Below are positions 9,838 through 18,482 of a DNA stretch of 64,000 bases, piece after piece (the first letter of the stretch is position 1; each line of letters starts with the position of its first letter). The stretch covers positions 35,801 through 99,800 of the forward strand of contig NZ_CP159837.1 of the NCBI RefSeq assembly GCF_040564635.1, in the 5' to 3' direction. The stretch comes from Planktothricoides raciborskii GIHE-MW2. GTDB lineage: Bacteria > Cyanobacteriota > Cyanobacteriia > Cyanobacteriales > Laspinemataceae. The position numbers and the translations under genes are program-made. The notes beneath the pieces were generated by a model, which had not been told where the DNA came from, ran no database searches, and was given only the letters and a program-made list of their open reading frames with translations.

Positions 9838-10040
9838 TATTAAGTGCCGATAAGGGCGAAGCATTCAGGTAATTATCTTTCTGGTTAAAACCGATAATTA
9901 ACTGCCGATAAGGGCGAAGCATTCGGGTAATTATCTTTCTGGTTAAAACCGATAATTAACTGCCGGTAAAGGCGAAGCATTCAGGTAACAACTACTGTTA
10001 AAACAAGCAAGTTAACTGCCCGAATGCTTCGCCCCTACAG
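9838..10040. repeat. Three tandem ~63-bp units containing the motif GGGCGAAGCATTC. An inverted copy of the motif (AATGCTTCGCCCCTACAG) follows.
   Basis: Direct reading. The same motif family recurs at 21815-21885, 22100-22195, 53340-53640 and 56107-56185. Confidence 0.8.
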
Positions 10041-10172
10041 TTATACCAAGCCTGAAAAATTGTTGCTACAATTACGAAATTCATTTGGGCATTAGTAGGG
10101 GATTTTCCGTGGCGGTGGTTGCCCCGATACCCTACGGTTGCATGAATTTTTGTAAATGGTATTATACAGATT

Positions 10173-11900
10173 TTAGCTAAATTGTTGGGCATAAAATCGC
10201 GCATAACGCCGTCCTTTTTCCAGCAGTTCTTGATGGGTTCCAGATTCAATGATGCGCCCCTGTTCTATGACTAAAATGCGATCGCATCGTCGGACTGTGG
10301 CGAGACGGTGGGCAATAATAAATACGGTGCGCTCATGCATCAATCTTTCGATTGCTTCTTGTACCAAGGCTTCTGATTCTGAATCTAAGGCCGAAGTTGC
10401 TTCATCTAAAAGTAAAATTTGCGGATTTAATAAAACAGCGCGGGCGATCGCAATTCTTTGGCGCTGACCCCCGGATAAATTAACGCCTCTTTCCCCTACC
10501 TGAGTATAATATCCATCGGGTAATTGACAAATAAATTGATGAGCATTCGCTGTATGTGCCGCTGCTTCTACGGCATTTAGATCATAATTGTGTTGACCAA
10601 AAGCAATATTTTCGGCAATAGTGCCAGAAAAGAGCATAGTTTCCTGGGGAACAATGCCAATTTGACGGCGTAAACTAGGAATTTTTACATCGCGAATATC
10701 AATCCCATCAATTAAAATTTGTCCCCCTTGCACATCATAAAATCGGGGTAATAAATTCACCAAAGTAGATTTACCAGCCCCCGAAGCCCCCACCAGAGCG
10801 ATCGCCTCTCCTGGTAATACCAATAAATTCAGATTTTCCAGCACTGGGTAACCGGGATGATAGGCAAAAGTCACATTTTTATATTCCACCTGACCCTTAA
10901 CTGGAGGTAAAGCGATCGCAGTAAGGGATTTTTCCTTTACTACTGGTTGAATAGCTAACAGTTCAAACACGCGATCGACGGAAGCTTCTCCTTGTTTAAA
11001 CTCATTATAATTACTGGTAGTAATAGAAATCGGATCAATTAATAACGCCACCGCTGTGGCATAACTAACAAATTCACTCCCGGTCAAATTGCCTTGAGAA
11101 ATTTGCCAACCCCCCAACAAAAATAGCAACAAAACGCTGAGGGCTTCTAAAAAACCAATCACGGGAAATTGAATCGCTTTAAGACGTTCAGCGGCATATT
11201 TGGCTTGGCGGTTGCGAATAGCCACTTCCCGAAATTTACTTAAGCTATATTCTTCAGCGGCAAAAGCTTGGACAACCCGAATACCGCTAAAAACCTCTGT
11301 CACCAAAGCGGATAAGTCAGAAATCCGATTTTGACTGTGGTGCGAAAATACCCGCAGGCGATCGCCAAACCAACCAATCAACACCGCCATCACTGGGGCA
11401 ATAATTAATGTGGCAATCGTTAGCTGCCAATTGAGATAAATCATATATCCCAACAACACCACCAACTGCAACACACAAGGAACAAACTGATGAAAAACTT
11501 TATTTACTACTTCGCCAGTGCGATCGATGTCCTCCGTGAGGCGATAGGACAAGTCGCCAGTTTTGGCCCTAGCAAAATAACCTGGACTTAAATTCAATAA
11601 ATGAGCATAAACTCGTTGGCGCAGATCCAAGGTCAAATCGAGGGCAGCTTTGGCCATCAACGCATCTTGACCATATTGTGCAGCACCGCGCAGCAGAAAA
11701 ATCACCGCCGCCAGTCCCGCAACTTGGGCGATCGCGCTGACTTTTCCCTGACCAATCAATCCGGCAATTTGCCCTGCTAATTGGGCTAAAATCGGCCAAA
11801 AACAAGTAAATGCCAGAGTACAAATCAATGCTTGAGTAATGGTTTGCCAATGGCGGCGTAAATAGGGCAACAATTGCCAGTAGCTAGATCGCAATTTCAC
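10173..11900 (-). CDS. ABC transporter with fused permease and ATP-binding domains (MsbA/exporter type).
   Basis: 575 aa with an N-terminal six-TM permease region. Walker A is GASGAGKST, the ABC signature is LSGGQRQR, and Walker B is LLLDEATSALD. Confidence 0.9.
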   Translation of the reverse strand: MKLRSSYWQLLPYLRRHWQTITQALICTLAFTCFWPILAQLAGQIAGLIGQGKVSAIAQVAGLAAVIFLLRGAAQYGQDALMAKAALDLTLDLRQRVYAHLLNLSPGYFARAKTGDLSYRLTEDIDRTGEVVNKVFHQFVPCVLQLVVLLGYMIYLNWQLTIATLIIAPVMAVLIGWFGDRLRVFSHHSQNRISDLSALVTEVFSGIRVVQAFAAEEYSLSKFREVAIRNRQAKYAAERLKAIQFPVIGFLEALSVLLLFLLGGWQISQGNLTGSEFVSYATAVALLIDPISITTSNYNEFKQGEASVDRVFELLAIQPVVKEKSLTAIALPPVKGQVEYKNVTFAYHPGYPVLENLNLLVLPGEAIALVGASGAGKSTLVNLLPRFYDVQGGQILIDGIDIRDVKIPSLRRQIGIVPQETMLFSGTIAENIAFGQHNYDLNAVEAAAHTANAHQFICQLPDGYYTQVGERGVNLSGGQRQRIAIARAVLLNPQILLLDEATSALDSESEALVQEAIERLMHERTVFIIAHRLATVRRCDRILVIEQGRIIESGTHQELLEKGRRYARFYAQQFS

Positions 11901-11982
11901 AGGAATTATCAGTCATCATCATATCGGCATCTATGATTATCAATGATAATCGATCGATTCGATCCGGCAATTCATATTTCAC

Positions 11983-12047
11983 CGGATATTTCACCGGATA
12001 TTTCACCGGATATTTAATCGGATATTTCACCGAATATTCCACCGGAT
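11983..12047. repeat. 13-bp tandem repeat CCGGATATTTCAC, about 5 copies, intergenic.
   Basis: Direct reading. Confidence 0.8.
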
Positions 12048-12145
12048 GCTAGAAAAATGCTAGAGAATTTTGACCACTGGCAATTTGTACCCTGTTGAGT
12101 GAGTCGGATTACTGTTGAATCAACACCAAATATTAACACTCTGAC

Positions 12146-12535
12146 TTAGAGGCTCACGGGACGGTTCTCTGGAGCTTCAGGCAAAGAAATTACACAAGCA
12201 TTCTCCGGGGCAAACATATTCCAAACCGGGATTAAGGGATCCAATTGAATGGCCGCCAATCCTTGACGAACCACTTCCATAATTTTTCGTCCATATTTTT
12301 CCTGGGCTTTATGCTGTTGAAACTCCCATCCCCGTTCGCTAGTGGCATACATCGCCGGTAAGCGATTCAAGGCGTAGGCGATCGCTTGAGCTTTAATTTT
12401 TTCAATTTCCACAAATTTCAGCAGCTTGGCTGGCAACCGATCCACTTGGCGATTAACTTCCTGAATGACCAATGGCTCTAAAGCGTTCCGGTACAAAGGA
12501 ACGGGATTATAAAAAAATGACGTATTCATATTCAC
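12146..12535 (-). CDS. ComFB-family protein (late competence development protein ComFB-like).
   Basis: 129 aa. The N-x-LP-x-Y motif region (AYALNRLPAMYATSERGW) is typical of ComFB family proteins. Confidence 0.5.
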   Translation of the reverse strand: MNMNTSFFYNPVPLYRNALEPLVIQEVNRQVDRLPAKLLKFVEIEKIKAQAIAYALNRLPAMYATSERGWEFQQHKAQEKYGRKIMEVVRQGLAAIQLDPLIPVWNMFAPENACVISLPEAPENRPVSL

Positions 12536-12617
12536 AAGTTCTCCAAATACTCACTCTGTAGGCTCCTAACAGGGCATCCCGGATGTCTTTCCGGTGATTT
12601 TCCTCACCACTCGACTC

Positions 12618-12785
12618 ACTCCCACATCTGACTCCCACATCTGGCTCCCACATCTGGCTCCCACATCTGACTCCCACATCTGGCTCCCACATCTGGCTCC
12701 CACATCTGGCTCCCACATCTGGCTCCCACATCTGACTCCCACATCTGGCTCCCACATCTGGCTCCCACATCTGGCTCCCACATCT
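12618..12785. repeat. 13-bp tandem repeat CTCCCACATCTGR, about 13 copies, directly upstream of the comFB-like gene.
   Basis: Direct reading. The period is not a multiple of 3. Track ORFs 12507-12770, 12566-12781 and 12594-12788 are repeat-translation artefacts. Confidence 0.9.
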
Positions 12786-13182
12786 TAGAACTTTCCCCTA
12801 ACTTCAGCGATCGCCATCACTTTTCCTTAAATTTTTCCTGAAATAATAGCGATCGAAAACCCTGATGGGGAATGGATCTGCGCCAATCCCATCTCAGGAA
12901 TATGACTTCCTGGGACAGCAAATCATCAACGATCCCCTTGACACTTGAAAATTAATGTGGTAATCAGTTTAATTTTTCTGGCAGTAGCCAGTCAATATCG
13001 CCAGTCAATATCAAAGTCGATTAGTGGAGATCCACTGACTCAAAGCAATCAGACGATTTAATCTTAAATAATAATATTATGAACCTTTTTCTGGTAAATG
13101 CCTAGGGAAATGGTTAAATGTTAGAAATTTTAACGATTCCCTTGTAATTGGTTTGCTGATTGGTTTGCTGATTGGGCGATCG

Positions 13183-13245
13183 TCAGAAACCGGGTTGCGG
13201 TAATTTCTACCCAAGATAAGAAACCCGGTTTCTGTCACCCGCAGA
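13183..13245. repeat. Pair of inverted GAAACCGGGTT/AACCCGGTTTC palindromic elements just downstream of a gene stop.
   Basis: tcagaaaccgggttgcgg...agaaacccggtttctg. Confidence 0.7.
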
Positions 13246-13246
13246 A

Positions 13247-13729
13247 TTACTCTAAAGAGCTTAATGCCCGATCTAAGATTTTTCGAGCTTCTTCAGCTTG
13301 GCTTCTGGCCAATAAATAACGCTGATTGGCTTGAGCAAAATTTTTCAGCACCTTAAATCCGTCTTTCAACTGGTTAATTTGTTCTTCCGTCACCGGATCA
13401 TCATTAAATAAGATATCGATTTGTTGACGAATTTGCAGAGCTTCTTCCTTAGTCTGAGTCATTTTTAACTTTAAAGAAGCCAAACTATTGAGAATTTGCA
13501 CCGCTTCGGTGACTGGATCGTCAATTTCTTCACCATCTAAATTGGTATTGGTATCTTTCACTTCCACAAACTGATCAGGGCCAAACCCATCAGCTAATTT
13601 CGTTTTCAACTTGCCCTCATCCATCAATTCCATTAGTTGATCCATCGCTTTATCGCGATTTTTCGGAGAATCTTTCCCGCGAACATCAATAACGATTTCT
13701 GGAGATTGGGGAATTGTGTACTTAACCAT
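13247..13729 (-). CDS. Hypothetical protein (160 aa), acidic, predicted coiled-coil.
   Basis: Clean ORF with an upstream AGGA-like region. No recognisable family. Confidence 0.55.
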   Translation of the reverse strand: MVKYTIPQSPEIVIDVRGKDSPKNRDKAMDQLMELMDEGKLKTKLADGFGPDQFVEVKDTNTNLDGEEIDDPVTEAVQILNSLASLKLKMTQTKEEALQIRQQIDILFNDDPVTEEQINQLKDGFKVLKNFAQANQRYLLARSQAEEARKILDRALSSLE

Positions 13730-14038
13730 TGCTTTTTCCTGAACGTAAAACTATTAGTTAATTGAAATTATCGGCTGTATTACTTTGCTGGACGAGCGTG
13801 GTCAATCAAGCAATGAATGAGATAAATTAATTATAGAGGCTTTTCTGCTGGCAACCAAATACATCGGTAATTATCGGTGATTCTAGGTGATTCTCGGTAA
13901 TTCTAGGTGATTCTCGGTAAATGATTGGCAGTTGCGATCGCTGGATTTACAGAAAAAGTGGAATAATCAATGCCATAAACCAGCCTAAAAATACCAGAAT
14001 TTCAATTTTATTTAACAAAGTCTTGGTAAATTTGAACA

Positions 14039-14656
14039 TTATTTTTGAGTCAACTTTGATTTTTGCTGTTTCAACCAATTGAGGGTATTTGCTTTCCAAT
14101 CACGGGGACTGTCTTGGGGACGTACCTGCCAATTAAACATGGATAAAATCAGGGGTATTCCTCCTACTTTTGCCACCATGAGTAAATGTAATACTAAACA
14201 TAGCACCATGACCAGCCAAGCGAATAAATGCAGATAATACCAAGGATGATTTAATTCGCCATTGGGCAGCCATTCTTCTTTCATGGTTCGTCCGGAAAAA
14301 GCGGCTAAGATGGCAGCTAAAAGCATTAAAGTATTGACTAAGCGATGCCAACTATACCAGCCAATCTTCTGATTGAGGTTGGTAAGATTTTTTAAAGAAT
14401 CCGGTTGTAATAGGCGTTTTTCTCCTGGATGAAAACTATAAAGAGCAAATGCGGGGATAATCAGAAAAAAAGAGACAGCGATGGTGCCGTGAATGTCTTG
14501 AATGGATGATAGGTTAGGCAGGGGCAGTTTGCCCCAACGACCATCAAATGTATTGTAAACCCAAAATCCCGTGATGATTGACCCGATGATTAAGCATCCA
14601 TTGATCCCGTGTAAAAGCCGGAGTAACAAAGGTTGATAAGGAAGATTTCTAAACAT
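14039..14656 (-). CDS. Cytochrome b561-like / b-type cytochrome membrane protein.
   Basis: 205 aa with four predicted TM helices, each carrying a conserved His (LHGINGCLIIG, IHGTIAVSFF, WHRLVNTLML, LHLFAWLVMV). Confidence 0.5.
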   Translation of the reverse strand: MFRNLPYQPLLLRLLHGINGCLIIGSIITGFWVYNTFDGRWGKLPLPNLSSIQDIHGTIAVSFFLIIPAFALYSFHPGEKRLLQPDSLKNLTNLNQKIGWYSWHRLVNTLMLLAAILAAFSGRTMKEEWLPNGELNHPWYYLHLFAWLVMVLCLVLHLLMVAKVGGIPLILSMFNWQVRPQDSPRDWKANTLNWLKQQKSKLTQK

Positions 14657-15128
14657 TAGCGGTTGATCGGTAAGCTGAGACAGTTATATTGTTTCGCTAT
14701 TATAGCATTATCATAGCATGATCATAGCATTTTTTTACTTTTTTTACTTAAAGCTTCATGGAACAGGATTTTTTCGGCTGGTCAGCCAATAAGTATTGAT
14801 CAAGCCTTTGCCTTTGAGAACCATTTTCCCCCGACCATGCAAAAATATACTAAGTTCTCCAGGGATAATCTAAGCAGCTTCACTCCTATTCAGGGGATTT
14901 TTTATCAATAAGATAAAATTTTTTCGTTGCTGTTTTCCTTGAAGAAATATAAAACAAGTCAATATTTGTTTATTTTTGTGCTTGAATATTTGCCAAAAAT
15001 CAGCGGCTATGCTAAACTTCGCTACAGGGATAATCATTATCCCATATCGCTTTTAGATAAATCTTTTTACTAAAATAAAAATGTAAAGGTTTTTTATCTA
15101 ACAATCACGCCAAATAAATGAGAAAAAA

Positions 15129-15731
15129 ATGCATTTTAACTTAGAAGAAATTATCATCAAAATCGGATATTTAGGGATTTGGGCGGTCGTCTTTGCCGAA
15201 TCGGGATTATTCATCGGATTTTGCTTGCCTGGAGATAGTTTACTGTTTACTGCTGGACTGCTCTCTTCTCAAGGGATTTTCAATATTTTTACGTTGGGTT
15301 TTGGCTGTTTTGTCTGTGCCGTATTAGGTGATAATGTTGGTTATGCAACCGGATATCGTTTTGGACGTAAACTCTTTGATAAAGAAGATGGTTGGTTTTT
15401 CAAGAAAAAACATTTGGTGAAAACCGAAAAATTTTATGGCAAACATGGGTCTAAAGCGATTATTCTCGCCCGCTTTGTCCCCATTGTCAGAACCTTTGCG
15501 CCGATTATTGCCGGGATCGCCGCGATGCGTTATCGCACTTTTATCAAATATAATTTGGTGGGGGGTTTTATTTGGGCGATCGGGATGACGATTTCAGGTT
15601 ATTATTTAGGCACGAAAATCCCCGACCCTGATAAGTATATCCTGCCGATTGTTCTGGTAATTATTCTGGTTTCTTTTTTGCCGATTATCGTTCATTTTGT
15701 GCAAGCTAAACTAGAAGATGATTTAGAATAA
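15129..15731 (+). CDS. DedA/VTT-family membrane protein.
   Basis: 200 aa. Reads VFAESGLFIGFCLPGDSLLFTAG and KHGSKAIILARFVPIVRTFAPIIAG, as in DedA (SNARE-associated) proteins. Confidence 0.85.
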   Translation: MHFNLEEIIIKIGYLGIWAVVFAESGLFIGFCLPGDSLLFTAGLLSSQGIFNIFTLGFGCFVCAVLGDNVGYATGYRFGRKLFDKEDGWFFKKKHLVKTEKFYGKHGSKAIILARFVPIVRTFAPIIAGIAAMRYRTFIKYNLVGGFIWAIGMTISGYYLGTKIPDPDKYILPIVLVIILVSFLPIIVHFVQAKLEDDLE

Positions 15732-16044
15732 TTGCGATCGCACTGACCCCGTAGAGTCAGAGCGAATCTTGGGTATCTAATGCCCTCTCTAGCTGATGGC
15801 AATTTTTAGGCAGCAGAGGGGGCGATCGCCCCTAAAAATTTTGAGTTTAAACATTACCAAATGGTAGGGGTTGAATCGGTAATCGCTGCTGAGAAAAAAA
15901 CCGCCAATAACTTGGCTTAACTTGGCTTAAATTGGCTTAAATTGGCTTAACTTGGCCGTCACCCAAGCAGATATTTTTTATCTATGAGAGACTGATGGAA
16001 TTTTCCTCAAACAACTCACAACCAACCAGCCACTATCAATTTGA

Positions 16045-17358
16045 TTAATTGGCTTTAGGGCGAACGACCAAAACCCCATAAGCATCAGGAGAAAGATATT
16101 TTTGGGTCGCTTCTAGGATATCCACTGGTTGCACCGATTGAATGTGTTGAGGATAATTTAATGCCGGGGCTAATTCGGCAATCATTGATTGATAATAGCC
16201 ATATAAGTTGGCTCGATCGCTGGGGGTTTCATTGCCAAAAATAAACCGATTCGCCACTTGAGTCCGAATGCGAGTAATTTCCGCTTCGGTGACAAATTCC
16301 TGATGTAAGGTGCGAATATGTTGGGCGATCGCAGCTTCGACGATTGCTATATTTTCTGTGGGTAAATCCACGGAAATATAAAAAAGTCCTTGAACTCGGT
16401 GGTTGATATTGCTCACAGAAATACTAGAGATTAATCCCCGGTCTTCTCGTAAATCTTGAACCATGCGGGATGTCCGACCTGAGCCTAAAATAGAGGCTAG
16501 TATATCCAAGGGATAAGTTTGCTCCAAGTCCAGCAAACCGGGGACTCGCCACATCATTACCAGTCGCGCTTGTTGCAGGGCTTCATCGACAATTTCTTCC
16601 CGAATAATTTGCTCAAAATTTGCTTCTGGGGTGAGCATTTCCAGGTGGTGATACCTAGGGGAGCGATCGCTTTTTTCGCTCCACTGAGGCTTAATCTGTG
16701 TTAATCCTTCCGCAATAATTTCTATCATCTCCTCCACGGGCAAATTCCCCACCGCCACTGCGGTCAAGGACTCCGGTTGATACCATTGGGCGTGAAAATC
16801 CCGCATTTGCTGTGGGGTGAGGCTAGAAATCACCTCTACAGGACCGAGTACGGGACGGCGGTATGGTAAGTGGTTAAATGCCAGTTTCATTGCCCGGTAA
16901 TAGGTGCGACGACGAGGATTATCTTGCGATCGACGAATTTCTTCAAGCACCACCAAACGCTCTTTTTCAAAAGCTTCATCGGGAATAGTCGGGTTGAGTA
17001 CCACATCCATTTGTAACGGCGCGAGTTCCGCAAAATCTTTCGGCGCAGTGGTAATGTAGTAGTGAGTGTAATCTTGACTGGTGGCGGCATTGGTGACAGC
17101 ACCGCGCTCTTCGATTTTACGCTCAAACTCTCCACTAACCAGTTGTTCCGTGCCTTTAAAAATCATGTGTTCCAGAAAATGCGCCATGCCATTGATTTCA
17201 TTGGCTTCTATGGCTGAACCAATGGGGTTCCAGAGGTTAAGATTGACCGCTTCTACGGGCATTTGTTCGACCACAATTGTCAAACCATTGGGTAATCGAT
17301 GAATGGTCGGTGAGTTAAGGCGATTGACGATAGGAGATTTGAGCAGCGTTGATATCAT
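16045..17358 (-). CDS. M16-family (insulinase/pitrilysin-like) zinc peptidase.
   Basis: 437 aa. The inverted zinc motif HFLEHMIFKGT (HxxEH) is present, and the overall M16 fold is retained. Confidence 0.9.
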   Translation of the reverse strand: MISTLLKSPIVNRLNSPTIHRLPNGLTIVVEQMPVEAVNLNLWNPIGSAIEANEINGMAHFLEHMIFKGTEQLVSGEFERKIEERGAVTNAATSQDYTHYYITTAPKDFAELAPLQMDVVLNPTIPDEAFEKERLVVLEEIRRSQDNPRRRTYYRAMKLAFNHLPYRRPVLGPVEVISSLTPQQMRDFHAQWYQPESLTAVAVGNLPVEEMIEIIAEGLTQIKPQWSEKSDRSPRYHHLEMLTPEANFEQIIREEIVDEALQQARLVMMWRVPGLLDLEQTYPLDILASILGSGRTSRMVQDLREDRGLISSISVSNINHRVQGLFYISVDLPTENIAIVEAAIAQHIRTLHQEFVTEAEITRIRTQVANRFIFGNETPSDRANLYGYYQSMIAELAPALNYPQHIQSVQPVDILEATQKYLSPDAYGVLVVRPKAN

Positions 17359-17635
17359 GGATTAAATAATCGGCGGATTGTACGTTCCTGGATCTATCTT
17401 AATCATCTTGGCCAAAAAAATCTGGCAAAAATAGAGAAAAGGAGACAATAACCCAGGTTAAGACAAAATTAATCCAGGCTTGCCTCTGGTGAGAACTACT
17501 GAGAACTGTCCCCAGGGTAAACTCCGAGCAAAAAACTTACCTGGATCGAAAATAAGGCTTTTTCGCTGTTTTCATTATGATTAGATGCTCGATTAATTTT
17601 ATTTAGGTGATTTTCCAAGGATTTATTAAGTTATT

Positions 17636-18235
17636 ATGGCTGAATTTTCCCCAGTTCCCCAATATTCTGAACGGTACGATCTCGCCGTGCAATTTGCCCT
17701 AGCCGCCCATCGCTATCAACAGCGCAAATATAGCGGCAAACCCTATATTCTCCACTTACAAGCGGTGTCTAGTTATGTATGGTTGGAGGGGGGCACCGAA
17801 GCGGAGGCGATCGCGGCTTGGTTACATGATTATGTGGAAGATGCCGCCCCAAAACAGGGGCTAACCGTTGACCAAGCTTTTGCCAAAATTACCGATAACT
17901 TTGGGTCTGAAGTGGCGGCTATTGTCCGGGGTTGTACGGAATGCGATCGCAGTCTTCCTTGGCAGGAAAGAAAGCAAGAATATATTGAGCAAGTTGCCTC
18001 TGGTTCTGATAGCATTGTCTTGGTAAGTTTGGCGGATAAATACGATAACTATACCAATGGTTATTTACGGGAAGGCTTCAGTAAGACACCTATGAAACGC
18101 AAAGCAGAATTAATTTGGTTTGGCGAATCTTTGGCAGCGATATATTCTGAACGCTTCCCAGAAAGTTTCTTAGCCCGTCAATTTCTGCGAAGTTTAGAGC
18201 AGCTTAAAGGTATTTATGAATTAACCAATAGCTAA
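17636..18235 (+). CDS. HD-domain phosphohydrolase (RelA/SpoT-like HD domain only).
   Basis: 199 aa. HLQAV...LHDYVEDA is an H...HD metal-binding motif. Confidence 0.75.
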   Translation: MAEFSPVPQYSERYDLAVQFALAAHRYQQRKYSGKPYILHLQAVSSYVWLEGGTEAEAIAAWLHDYVEDAAPKQGLTVDQAFAKITDNFGSEVAAIVRGCTECDRSLPWQERKQEYIEQVASGSDSIVLVSLADKYDNYTNGYLREGFSKTPMKRKAELIWFGESLAAIYSERFPESFLARQFLRSLEQLKGIYELTNS

Positions 18236-18482
18236 ATCACCATAGTTTGTTTCTGTCATTCCCGCGTATGCAGGAATCCATAGTAATGTAGGTTGGGTTG
18301 AAGCATGAAACCCAACATGGACATAAGTTTAAAAAAAGGCGATCGCCCTTTGGGTTAGTTGCGGTTAAAAAGATGCGATCGCTTCTATTAATCTTCTATA
18401 TTGGGTCTATATTGGGTAGGGGCGAATGGCCATTCGCCCCTACATTATTATCTAATATTATCTAAATTATCTAATCTGTTTT

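Noticed and set aside
9998-10467. ORFs 9998-10249 (-) and 10249-10467 (+)
   Set aside because: The first spans repeat DNA and overlaps the ABC transporter 3' end. The second is antisense inside the ABC transporter.
12507-12788. ORFs 12507-12770, 12566-12781 and 12594-12788 (MWEPDVGARCGSQ repeats)
   Set aside because: They lie entirely within a 13-bp tandem DNA repeat. A 13-nt period gives a 39-nt pseudo-protein period in every frame. There is no start context.
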